DNA from: an uncultured Chryseobacterium sp.
GTDB taxonomy: Bacteria > Bacteroidota > Bacteroidia > Flavobacteriales_F > PHOS-HE28
DNA: 46,875 nt
Direction: 5' to 3'
Assembly (NCBI GenBank): GCA_964464935.1
Contig: CAYXKE010000003.1
Span: 6,844 to 53,718 of the forward strand
The position numbers were made by a program, and so were the translations under genes. Of the stretch, positions 1 to 10,600 are shown one piece after another. Below the pieces are notes generated by a model that saw only the letters and a program-made list of their open reading frames with translations, had not been told where the DNA came from and did no database searches. Position 1 is the stretch's first letter. Every line of letters begins with the position of its first letter.

Positions 1-1
1 C

Positions 2-595
2 GATGTGCAGGAGCTGCAGTTCTGGTTCCGCGCGCCCGAGCCGGGTCAACGCATCGTTGCCTTCCCCGGCGCCGGTGAGCGCGTGCCGATCTGGTTGCTG
101 GGCAGCAGCCTCTTCAGCGCGCAGCTGGCCGCACACCTCGGTCTGCCCTTCGCCTTCGCTTCGCACTTCGCGCCCGAGCACATGGCCCAGGCCCTCGCGC
201 AGTACCGCACGCGCTTCCAGCCGAGCGAGCAGCTCGACAAGCCCTACGCCATGCTCGCGGTGAACGTGTTCGCCGCCGACACCGATGCCGAGGCACAGCG
301 CCTCTTCACCAGCATGCAGGTGCAGTTCGTGAACCTGATCCGCGGCGTGCCCGGTGAAGTGCAACCGCCCGTGGACGACATCGAGGCCTACTGGACGCCG
401 CAGGAGAAGGCCTGGGTGGAGAAGTCGCTCGAGCGGTCGTTCGTGGGCAGCGCCGACACGGTGGAGAAGGGGTTGCGTGCCTTCCTCGACCAGTTCCGGC
501 CGGACGAGCTGATCATCAGTGGCCACTTCCACGATCCCGCGGCCCGGCTGCGCTCCGTAAGGATCACGGCGGAGGTACGGGAACGGTTGGGCTGA
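2..595 (+). CDS. LLM-class (luciferase-like) flavin-dependent oxidoreductase, 5'-truncated by the window edge
   Basis: Reading frame is open from the window start. Motifs [28 protein letters not shown] and VGSADTV...DELII are typical of YhbW-like LLM proteins. Confidence 0.88.
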   Translation, partial: DVQELQFWFRAPEPGQRIVAFPGAGERVPIWLLGSSLFSAQLAAHLGLPFAFASHFAPEHMAQALAQYRTRFQPSEQLDKPYAMLAVNVFAADTDAEAQRLFTSMQVQFVNLIRGVPGEVQPPVDDIEAYWTPQEKAWVEKSLERSFVGSADTVEKGLRAFLDQFRPDELIISGHFHDPAARLRSVRITAEVRERLG

Positions 596-596
596 A

Positions 597-1334
597 CTAA
601 CCGTGCACCGCTTCGCACATGGCGAAGATCAGGTCAGGGTCGTGCTCGAAGGCCGTGCCCACCACGAGCACATCGGCACCGGCGGTGCAGAGCGCCCGTG
701 CCTGTTGCGCATCGCGGATGCCACCACCCACGATGATCGGCAATTGCACCTGGGCACGCACGGCCGCGACCATCTCCGGCGAAACCGGGCGATCCGCGCC
801 GCTGCCGGTGTCCATGTAAATGGTGCGCAGGCCCAGCAGCTCGCCGGCCAATGCGGTGGCCGCAGCGATGCCCGGCTTGTCATGCGGGAGGGGCACTGTC
901 TGGCTCACGTAGCTCACCGTGGTGGCCTTGCCCCCGTCCACCAGCATGTAGCCCGTGGGGATCGCCTCGATGCCCAGGGCTTTCACCGTGGGCGCGGCAG
1001 TGACGTGGTGGCCGATGAGCAGCTCGGGGTTGCGGCCGCTGATCAGGGAGAGGAAGAGCACCGCATCGGCGTGGCGGCTCAGCTGGGCCGGGCTGCCGGG
1101 GAAGAGCACCACGGGGCGGTCGCTCCAGCGGCGCACCAGCTCCACGCACCGGTCGAAGGAGGTGGTGGTGAGCAGGCTGCCGCCCACGAGGATCAGGTCG
1201 GCCTTGGCCATGCACGCCTGCTGCACGGTGTGCTCCAAGCGGGCCTCGTCGGCCCCGAAGTCGGGGTCGATCAACACGGCCAGGAGCTTGCGGCCTTGGG
1301 CGCGGGCGGCTTCGAGCAGGGGGAGCACGGGCAT
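597..1334 (-). CDS. Geranylgeranylglyceryl/heptaprenylglyceryl phosphate synthase (GGGPS/PcrB family, group II-like)
   Basis: C-terminal 245 aa of the 597..2846 ORF, from ATG 1334 (MPVLPLLEA). Motifs [58 protein letters not shown]. Confidence 0.92.
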   Translation of the reverse strand: MPVLPLLEAARAQGRKLLAVLIDPDFGADEARLEHTVQQACMAKADLILVGGSLLTTTSFDRCVELVRRWSDRPVVLFPGSPAQLSRHADAVLFLSLISGRNPELLIGHHVTAAPTVKALGIEAIPTGYMLVDGGKATTVSYVSQTVPLPHDKPGIAAATALAGELLGLRTIYMDTGSGADRPVSPEMVAAVRAQVQLPIIVGGGIRDAQQARALCTAGADVLVVGTAFEHDPDLIFAMCEAVHG

Positions 1335-1339
1335 GGCTG

Positions 1340-1347
1340 CGAACTTA
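1340..1347 (-). promoter_or_regulatory. Bacteroidota sigmaA -7 element variant (TAAGTTCG) for GGGPS
   Basis: Near-match to TAnnTTTG, ending 5 nt before the ATG at 1334. Confidence 0.55.
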
Positions 1348-1390
1348 CTCCGTATGCGCCAGCCCGCACCGAAGCGGTGTTGCGCAGGCC

Positions 1391-1421
1391 TTTGTCCTTC
1401 GGGCCCAGCGCCGTACCTTTG
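1391..1421 (+). promoter_or_regulatory. Bacteroidota sigmaA promoter for ahcY (TTTG-N19-TACCTTTG)
   Basis: TTTG at 1391-1394 and TACCTTTG at 1414-1421 match the -33/-7 consensus and spacing. Confidence 0.8.
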
Positions 1422-1442
1422 CGCCCCCAAGTAAGAAACGTC

Positions 1443-2756
<1,314 letters not shown>

Positions 2757-2776
2757 TCCGGATCGACGACAAAAGC

Positions 2777-2804
2777 GAAGGGCCGCCCGAATGGACGGCC
2801 CTTC
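2777..2804. terminator. Probable bidirectional intrinsic terminator between convergent ahcY and the Rieske-like gene
   Basis: GAAGGGCCG-cCC-gaat-GGa-CGGCCCTTC stem-loop, with AAAA upstream and TTCGTT downstream. Confidence 0.7.
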
Positions 2805-2861
2805 TTCGTTCCCGGTCACGTGGTCCGTTGGCGGCTCATCGGCCAAGCGGCCATGCGTGCC

Positions 2862-3290
2862 CTAATTGTAGATCCGCAGGATCGTGCCGTTGAAGGACGT
2901 GTTGTACTGGCGCAGGTTGATCGCCGCCGGTCCTTCCACCACGCTGCCGTCCATGATCAGAAAGCGCGAGCCGCAGCACAGGGTGTCCATGGCCAGCACC
3001 TCGCTCTCGTCCACGAACACGCGGCACATCTCATTGGGCTGGTACGTGCAATGCCGGTCCAACGCCACGAACTCGGTGGGCGACTTGCGGTACACAATGA
3101 GGCCCATGGAGCCACCGGTCAGGTAGAGCCACCCGCCGGTTACGGCCAGGTCCTGGTAGGCCGGCAGGTCCACGTTGATCTCGAAGTACACCGATACCGG
3201 AGGCACCCCGCCCACTTCGTCGCGCTTGCAAGCACACAGGCCAAGCGCGATGGCCAGGGCCAGAAGGAGGGACTTGCCGAGGGATGCCAT
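2862..3290 (-). CDS. Rieske-like (2Fe-2S-fold) lipoprotein
   Basis: ATG 3290 (MASLGKSLLLALAIALGLCAC, lipobox-like). The segment FVALDRHCTY...C...CCGSRF...DGSVVEGPA..NLRQY follows the Rieske pattern. TACCTTTA at 3297-3304 upstream. Confidence 0.7.
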   Translation of the reverse strand: MASLGKSLLLALAIALGLCACKRDEVGGVPPVSVYFEINVDLPAYQDLAVTGGWLYLTGGSMGLIVYRKSPTEFVALDRHCTYQPNEMCRVFVDESEVLAMDTLCCGSRFLIMDGSVVEGPAAINLRQYNTSFNGTILRIYN

Positions 3291-3345
3291 GAAGTGTAAA
3301 GGTAGCATGGGCGGGAGGCCACGCCCGATGGCGTATCCTTGTGCC

Positions 3346-3642
3346 ATGCGTTCACTGTTGCGCACATCGCTCGTGCTGGCCTTGCTGCTGGCGGCACCCA
3401 TGATGGCCAGTGCCCAGGAGGGCATCAGTCGCAAGAAGCAGGAGAAGGTATTGGCCAGGAAGGAGAAGGCCGACGCCAAGGCCAAGGTGCGCAAGGAGAA
3501 GGAGGACCGCAAGCGGCACCTCTCGATCCAGGACAAGGAGACGCGCAAGCGCATCAAGCGCCACACGCGTCGGGCCGACCGGCACGGCACGGGCGTCCAC
3601 CGCGATGTCTTCCCCCGGAGCCTGTTCCAACGTCGGCGTTGA
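3346..3642 (+). CDS. Small, very basic secreted hypothetical protein (98 aa)
   Basis: ATG 3346, signal peptide MRSLLRTSLVLALLLAAPMMASA|QE, Lys/Arg-rich mature part. TATCCTTG at 3334-3341 ends 4 nt before the ATG. Confidence 0.7.
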   Translation: MRSLLRTSLVLALLLAAPMMASAQEGISRKKQEKVLARKEKADAKAKVRKEKEDRKRHLSIQDKETRKRIKRHTRRADRHGTGVHRDVFPRSLFQRRR

Positions 3643-3747
3643 TCGACCGCATCCTGGGGCACGAGGACCTTTCCTCTCTGTGCGCGGTGGTCCAAAAGGA
3701 TGTGAACGATATCTTGCCGCCGTGTTGTGGGTGCTCCTGTAACACAC

Positions 3748-3861
3748 CCCCCTCGTAGCGTTGCCATGTGGCTTGAAACCCTTGCTGGACGGGCTTTTCC
3801 CGCGATCGTGAAAAAATCCCAACGATCGGGGAAACTCCTATATTTACGCCCCCTCGTAGCG
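3748..3861. repeat. 13-bp direct repeat CCCCCTCGTAGCG (3748-3760, 3849-3861) flanking an imperfect inverted repeat (3796-3834)
   Basis: Read directly from the sequence. A third partial copy, CCCCTCGT, is at 3882-3889. Confidence 0.75.
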
Positions 3862-3891
3862 CACAACGCTGAACGTTAAATCCCCTCGTTG

Positions 3892-6800
3892 ATGGTGAGA
3901 AGGCTATTCTCCACGATCGCCCTGTTTTCTTTGGTGGTGGCTGTGAACGCCCAGACGGGCTCCGGCCAGCTCCGGGGCAAGATCACTGATAGCAAGACCG
4001 GTGAACCTCTGCCGTTCGTGAACGTGGTGGTCGAGCGGTCCGGCCAACAGGTCACCGGTAATGCCTCGGACTTCGACGGGGTGTACGACATCAAGCCGAT
4101 CGAACCGGGTACATATGACGTGGTGGTGACCTTCGTGGGTTACCAACCGCACAAGCGTACCGGTGTGGTGGTGAACGCCAACCGCATCACCTTCCTCGAT
4201 CTTCAGCTCAATCAAGGTATCGAGCTGAAGGAGTTCGAGGTGGTGCAGTACGCTGTGCCCCTGATCGATCGTGACGGTGGCGCTTCCGGGGGTACCATCA
4301 CGCGTGAGGACATCGCCAAGATGCCCGGTCGTAGCGCGGCATCCATCGCCACCACTGTGGCCGGTACCACCGATGCCGGTACGGGTGGCGGCATCAGTAT
4401 CCGCGGTGCGCGTGCGGAGAACACCTATTACTATATCGACGGGGTGAAAGTGCCGGCCGGTGCCGGTACGGGGCTGCCCAAGAGCGCCATTGAGGAAGTG
4501 CAGGTGATCACCGGTGGTGTGCCCGCCAACTACGGTGACGTGACCGGTGGTCTGATCAACATCACCACTCGTGGTCCCAGCCGGTCATTCTTCGGTGGGG
4601 TGGAATACCTTACATCTGGATTCAAGGTCGGCGACGACATTACTGACGTGGTGGGTCTGGATAAATACGGCTTCAACCAGCTCGAGGCGAGCCTCAGCGG
4701 TCCGCTGCTGTTCAAAAAGGACAGCGTGGGCAACAAGACCCGTCCGCTGATCGGCTTCTTCCTCTCCGGTCAGTACACCAACATCCTCGACCCCCGGCCG
4801 CTGCACGGTGGCGACATCCGTGTGCTGCCCAGCGTGCGCGAGCAGCTGCTGAGCAACCCGGCCATGCTGTTCCCCATCGGTCCGAACGACTGGACCCTGC
4901 AGTACAACAGCCAGCTGCTCCGCGCTTCCGATCTGGAGCGCATCCCCACCCGCCAGAACGCCGGTGAGGTGTCCTACCTGGCCTCCGGCAAGATCGACAT
5001 CACCACCACGCCCACCATCAACCTGAGCGTGGGTGGTTCGTTCGACCACAACAACCGCCAGAGCTACAACCGCGCCAACTCCTTGCTGAACGCGGAGAAC
5101 AACGTGCGGATCAAGGAGACCACCTGGCGTGGCTTCCTTCGCTTCACCCAGCGTTTCCAGAACAGCCCCGAGGAGCAGAAGACGGCCACCCTCAAGAACG
5201 CCTTCTACTCTCTGCAGTTGGACTACTCGCGCTACACGAGCAACGTGCAGGACTTCGAACACGGTGATCGGCTGTTCGACTATGGCTACGTGGGCAAGTT
5301 CGTGACCCACCGTGCGCCCCAGTTCGAACTGCGCAATGGTCGGTGGGAGCAGGTGGGTATGCAGGACACCCTGATCACCTTCACCCCGGGCTCCCAGAAC
5401 CCCGACCTGGCCTCGGTGACCAACTTCTACTTCAACTCCTTCCCCTACGAGCAGTTCCCGCTGGCCAACCTCTTCGGTGGTGTCGATCCGAGCTACGTGG
5501 GCTATTACCAGAACTTCCAGGAGACCTCCTCGCGCGGTGCGCTCTGGAACGGTGCCACGCCGCCCAGCCTGTACAGCCTGTGGAACAACGTCGGCCACCT
5601 CGACATCCCCAACGAGGCCGAGTACCGCAAGCGTCAGAACGACCAGCTCCGCTTCTCGGCCATGGGTAGCGCCGACATCGGCAACCACGCCGTGCAAGTG
5701 GGTGTGGAATACGAGCAGCTTGTGCAGCGCCGCTACGACCTGGCCCCCATCGGCCTGTGGACCCGTGCCCGCCAGCTGGCCAACTTCCACATCCAGGAAT
5801 GGCAGGACACCCTCGTGACCGACATCCTGCAGCTGCCCGGCAGCCCGCTGGACTTCTACATGTACTCGCGCAACAACGGTGGTGACCAACGCTACTTCGA
5901 CCGCAAGCTGCGCGAGGCCCTGGGCCTGGACCCCAACGGTCTGGACTTCGTCGATGTGGACGCTCTGGACCCCAGCGTGTTCTCGCTCGACATGTTCAGC
6001 CCCGACGAACTGGTGAACGACGGTAACTCGCTGGTGAACTTCGTGGGTTATGACCACCTCGGCAACCGCATCAGCGGCCGCCCCAGCTTCAACGACTTCT
6101 TCGACGCCCGCAACAGCGACGGCCAGTTCACCCGTGTCCAAGCCCCCTTCTCGCCGATCTACATGGCGGGTTACGTGATGGACAAGTTCGCCTTCGATGA
6201 CATCATCTTCAACGTGGGTGTGCGTGTGGACCGCTACGACGCGAACCAGAACGTGCTGAAGGACAAGTACCTCTGGCAGGATGCCTTCAAGGCCGGCGAC
6301 GCCGTGCCCGACCCCGTGATCGCCAGCCAGCTCGCGAACCGGCCGAGCAACATCGGCAGCGACTTCGTGGTGTACGTGAACAACCTGGAAGACCCGACCA
6401 GCATCAAGGGTTACCGCGATGGCGATACCTGGTACAGCGCTTCCGGTGTGGAGCTGGCCGACGGCTCGCCCCTGCAGGAAGGGGGTACCGTGCAGCCCTA
6501 CCTGGTGGAGCGCGGCAACGCTTCCAGCCTCTCGGGCTCCTTCCTGAGCAAGAGCGCCTTCACCGACTACACTCCCGCGGTGAACGTGATGCCCCGTATC
6601 GCCTTCTCGTTCCCGATCAGTGACGAGGCGGTGTTCTTCGCCCACTACGACGTGCTGACCCAGCGCCCCAACGCGGTGCAATCGCGCCTGGACCTGATGG
6701 GCTACGCCTACATCCACAACACGGGCGACATTCTGACCAACCCCGCGCTGAAGCCCACCAAGACGATCGACTACGAACTGGGCTTCCAGCAGGTGCTGTC

Positions 6801-7632
6801 GAAGACCTCCTCGCTGAAGATCTCGGCCTTCTACCGCGAACTGCGTGACCAGATCCAGATCCGCAACGTGTTCGATGCCTGGCCGCGCAGCTACCGTACG
6901 TACGACAACTTCGACTTCGGTACGGTGAAGGGCTTCACCACCACCTACGACCTGCGCCGCACGGGCAACATCTGGCTGCGTCTGGGCTACACCCTGCAGT
7001 TCGCCGATGGTACCGGTTCGGGTCCCACCTCGGGCATCAGCCTGGTGAACTCCGGCATGCCCAACCTGCGCACGATCGCTCCGCTGAACTTCGACCAGCG
7101 TCACCGCTTCCAGCTGACGATGGACTTCCGCTACGGCGGTGGCAAGGACTACAACGGTCCGGTGCTGTTCGACAAGCCGATCTTCCAGCGCATGGGTCTG
7201 AACGTGACCTCGATCCTGGGCAGCGGCACGCCGTACAGCCGTTCGCTGACCGTGTACAACGAAGGTGCCGAGACCGGCAACTACCGCTTGGATGGTACGC
7301 TCAACGGTTCACGCCTGCCCTGGCAGTTCACCACGGACCTGCAGCTTGACCGCGACATCCCGCTCAGCTTCGGCGGTGGTGAGGGCGAGAAGGCGAAGAG
7401 CGCCAACCTGAACATCTTCCTGCTGGTGACCAACGTGTTCAACACGGCCAACATCATCGACGTGTACCGCTACACGGGCTCGCCGGTGAACGACGGTTAC
7501 CTGGCCCAACTGCTGGACTTCTCGCAGCTGGACCCCACCTCCTACCGTGAGCTGTACACGGCTCGCGTGGACAACCCCTTGAATTTTGGCATGCCGCGGC
7601 AGATCCGTCTCGGTGTCCGGTTCGACTTCTGA
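3892..7632 (+). CDS. TonB-dependent receptor-like outer-membrane protein with N-terminal carboxypeptidase-regulatory-like domain
   Basis: Signal peptide (VNA|QTG), GKITDSKTGEPLPFVNV domain, plug motif ISIRGARAENTYYYIDGV...IEEVQVITGGVPANYGDVTGGLINITTR, GVRVDRYD strand, C-terminus PRQIRLGVRFDF. ATG 3892 (alternative TTG 3889). Confidence 0.88.
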   Translation: MVRRLFSTIALFSLVVAVNAQTGSGQLRGKITDSKTGEPLPFVNVVVERSGQQVTGNASDFDGVYDIKPIEPGTYDVVVTFVGYQPHKRTGVVVNANRITFLDLQLNQGIELKEFEVVQYAVPLIDRDGGASGGTITREDIAKMPGRSAASIATTVAGTTDAGTGGGISIRGARAENTYYYIDGVKVPAGAGTGLPKSAIEEVQVITGGVPANYGDVTGGLINITTRGPSRSFFGGVEYLTSGFKVGDDITDVVGLDKYGFNQLEASLSGPLLFKKDSVGNKTRPLIGFFLSGQYTNILDPRPLHGGDIRVLPSVREQLLSNPAMLFPIGPNDWTLQYNSQLLRASDLERIPTRQNAGEVSYLASGKIDITTTPTINLSVGGSFDHNNRQSYNRANSLLNAENNVRIKETTWRGFLRFTQRFQNSPEEQKTATLKNAFYSLQLDYSRYTSNVQDFEHGDRLFDYGYVGKFVTHRAPQFELRNGRWEQVGMQDTLITFTPGSQNPDLASVTNFYFNSFPYEQFPLANLFGGVDPSYVGYYQNFQETSSRGALWNGATPPSLYSLWNNVGHLDIPNEAEYRKRQNDQLRFSAMGSADIGNHAVQVGVEYEQLVQRRYDLAPIGLWTRARQLANFHIQEWQDTLVTDILQLPGSPLDFYMYSRNNGGDQRYFDRKLREALGLDPNGLDFVDVDALDPSVFSLDMFSPDELVNDGNSLVNFVGYDHLGNRISGRPSFNDFFDARNSDGQFTRVQAPFSPIYMAGYVMDKFAFDDIIFNVGVRVDRYDANQNVLKDKYLWQDAFKAGDAVPDPVIASQLANRPSNIGSDFVVYVNNLEDPTSIKGYRDGDTWYSASGVELADGSPLQEGGTVQPYLVERGNASSLSGSFLSKSAFTDYTPAVNVMPRIAFSFPISDEAVFFAHYDVLTQRPNAVQSRLDLMGYAYIHNTGDILTNPALKPTKTIDYELGFQQVLSKTSSLKISAFYRELRDQIQIRNVFDAWPRSYRTYDNFDFGTVKGFTTTYDLRRTGNIWLRLGYTLQFADGTGSGPTSGISLVNSGMPNLRTIAPLNFDQRHRFQLTMDFRYGGGKDYNGPVLFDKPIFQRMGLNVTSILGSGTPYSRSLTVYNEGAETGNYRLDGTLNGSRLPWQFTTDLQLDRDIPLSFGGGEGEKAKSANLNIFLLVTNVFNTANIIDVYRYTGSPVNDGYLAQLLDFSQLDPTSYRELYTARVDNPLNFGMPRQIRLGVRFDF

Positions 7633-10600
7633 TGAAAAATTACACGCAAACCATGAAAGGCTTTCAAAGCGCACTTCTGACCAGGACCTTCGCTCTGGGC
7701 CTCTTCTCGCTCTTGGTGGCGCATGCGTCGGGCCGTTCCCTGCCGACCCCGTCCAACAACGCGAACCCCGGTGCGGGTGCCGCGGGCATGGCGAAGGCGG
7801 CAGGCTGCGCGCCGGCCACGCAGATCCGCTTCCTGGAGTACAACAACGTGCGGGCCATCATCGAGAACGGTGGGAACAAATGGCAACGCCGGATCTCCCC
7901 GACCAACTCCGGTTATGAGGTGCCCAAGACGGATGATAACTCCGGCCCCAAGGCCATCTTCGCCGGCGGTCTCTGGATGGGTGGCATGTCCCCGGACAAC
8001 CAGCTGAAGATCGCCGCGGTGATGTTCCGGCAGGGGGGGCAGAACGACTTCTGGCCGGGCCCGCTCACCACCGGTGGCGATGCATCGGTCACTCCGGACG
8101 TGTGTGCCGCCTACGACAAGTTCTGGTATACCGAGCGCGTGATGGCCGAGACCCACGTGAAGTGGAAGAACTGTCAGGAGGACCCCGACTGCAACATGGA
8201 GGAGGAGTTCCCCAACGGCTACTCCATCCCGCAGGTGTTCTACGACTGGCCGGCCATGGGCAACACCAACGCGGGTCAGGCCCTGCATCTGGCACCTTTC
8301 GTGGACTGGGACGGTGACCTGGAGTACGATCCCTCGCAAGGTGACTACCCCGACTACGGTTTCAACACCAGCGTGGAGGAGTGCAAATCGAAGAACCGGG
8401 AGACCCCTGTGTCGCTTTTCGGTGACGCCAACTTTTTCTGGATCTTCAACGACAAGGGCAACAACCACACGGAGACCAATGGCCAGCCCATCGGTCTGGA
8501 GGTGCACGCCCAGGCCTTCGCCTTCAGCTCGAACAACGAGATCAACAACATGACCTTCTACAACTACGTGGTCATCAACCGGGGCACGCAGACCCTGTTG
8601 AACACGTACTTCGGTCACTATGTGGATCCCGACCTGGGCTGTGCGGATGATGACTTCGCGGGCTGCGACGTGCAGCGCGGTCTCGGCTTTGTGTACAACT
8701 GGGACGATGTGGACGCCAACTGCGGCAGCCAGATCGGTTACGGTGGTCCCAACCCGCCGCCGCCCGCCATCGGCATCGACTTCTTCGAAGGTCCTTACCA
8801 GGACTACGACGGGCTCGACAACCCCGGCCCGTCCGCCGGTCTGAGCTGCCAGGAGTACGTGGCGCAGAAGGGTATTCCCTATGATGGCCTCGGTATCGGC
8901 TATGGTGATGGGGTGGTGGACAACGAGCGCTTCGGTATGCGCGCGTACATCTACTTCAACCGGGAGAGCTCCAACAACAACATGACCGACCCCGCGTCGG
9001 CCACCCACTTCTACAACTATCTGCGCAGTATCTGGAAGGACAACCGCCCGCAGACCTACAGTGGTAGCGGCTACAGCACGGACCCCAACGCGGTGCGTGC
9101 CTACTACATGTTCCCCTGGGATACGGACCCCCTGGGTTGGGGTACCGGCTGCGTGCCGCAGCCCGACTGGCGCGAACTGGAGCAGACCCCGACCCAGCCT
9201 GACCGCCGCTTCTGCCAGAGCGCAGGCCCCTTCACCCTGGAACCCGGCGCCTACAACAACGTGACCGTGGGTGTGGTGTACGGCCGCGCCACCCAAGGCG
9301 GTGCCACCGCCAGCGTGGAGGTGATGCGTGTGGCCGACAACAAGGCCCAGGCCCTGTTCGACAACTGCTTCAAGATCCTCGATGGCCCGGATGCACCTGA
9401 TCTGACCATCAAGGAACTGGACCGCGAACTGATCGTGTTCATCACCAACCCCGCGGGCAGCAACAACGAAGGTGAGCGCTATGAGGAGCTCGATCCGGTG
9501 ATCCCGCCCGTGAACTCCAGCGGGGAGGAGAACGATCGCTACTACCGCTTCCAAGGCTACAAGCTGTACCAGCTTCGTGATGCCAACGTGAGCGTGAACG
9601 ATCTGGACGACATCAACGCGGCCCGCCTGATCTATCAGGGGGACATCAAGGACAACGTCGCGCAGATCATCAACTATCCGATGAGCGATGCCATGGGCAT
9701 CCCCGTCCCCACGGAAATGGTGAACGGTGCGAACGAAGGGATCACCCACGCGATCCGCATCACCGAGGACGCGTTCGCCCAAGGCGACAAGCGGCTGGTG
9801 AACTTCAAGACGTACCACTACATGTGCATCGCGTACGCCTACAACAACTACGAGGACTACAACATGAGCACGGGCACCGGCCAGGCGTTCCCCTACCTCG
9901 TGGGTCGTAAGGCGGCGTTCGGGTCCATCCGCTCCTACAGCGGCATTCCGCACAAGCCGGCCCCCAGCCAGGGAGGCACGGTGCTGAACAGCCAGTTCGG
10001 TGACAAGCTGCAGGTGACCCGCTACGAAGGCCAAGGCAACGGCGCCAATGTGCTGATGCTGGCCAAGGAGAGCGAGGACGCCATCATGAGCGGCCCGCCC
10101 TGGCGCAGCGACAAGCTGGTGTACGAGCGCGGTGCCGGCCCGGTGGACGTGCGGATCATCGACCCGCTGAACGTTCGTGCCGGTGACTTCGAGATCTGGA
10201 TGCTCGACTCCGTCACCCCCGCCACGCTGAACGACGCCTACTGGAAGCTCGTGCACCTGCAGACCGGTGATGAGATCTACAGCGATCGCACCATCGACAT
10301 GGAGTACGAGCAGTTGTTCCCGAAATGGGGCTTCTCGGTGCGGCTCGGCCAGCACTACTATGCTGCCGGCGTGGGCCCGCTGCAGACCACCTCGCCGATC
10401 GGTACGGGCATCATGCGCTTCGATGATCCTACCAAGGCCTGGCTCACCGGTATCCCTGACGGCGAAGGGGTGAACCCGCTGAACTGGATCCGTTCGGGCA
10501 CCCAGACCTTTACGGACGACGATGACGTGTACTCCGACAAGGTGGGTTACGACGATGACCAGGAGTACGAAGGGCTCCTCGGCGGTACGTGGGCGCCTTG

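Noticed and set aside
1335-1442. Possible SAH or SAM riboswitch upstream of ahcY
   Set aside because: The promoter ends at 1421, leaving a leader of under 20 nt, and I recognise no riboswitch consensus.
3643-3745. Possible ncRNA or riboswitch (GCATCCT...AGGATGT and GGACC...GGTCC pairings) upstream of the TBDR
   Set aside because: No cobalamin or TPP consensus is visible. It lies upstream of the likely promoter and may simply terminate the small gene.
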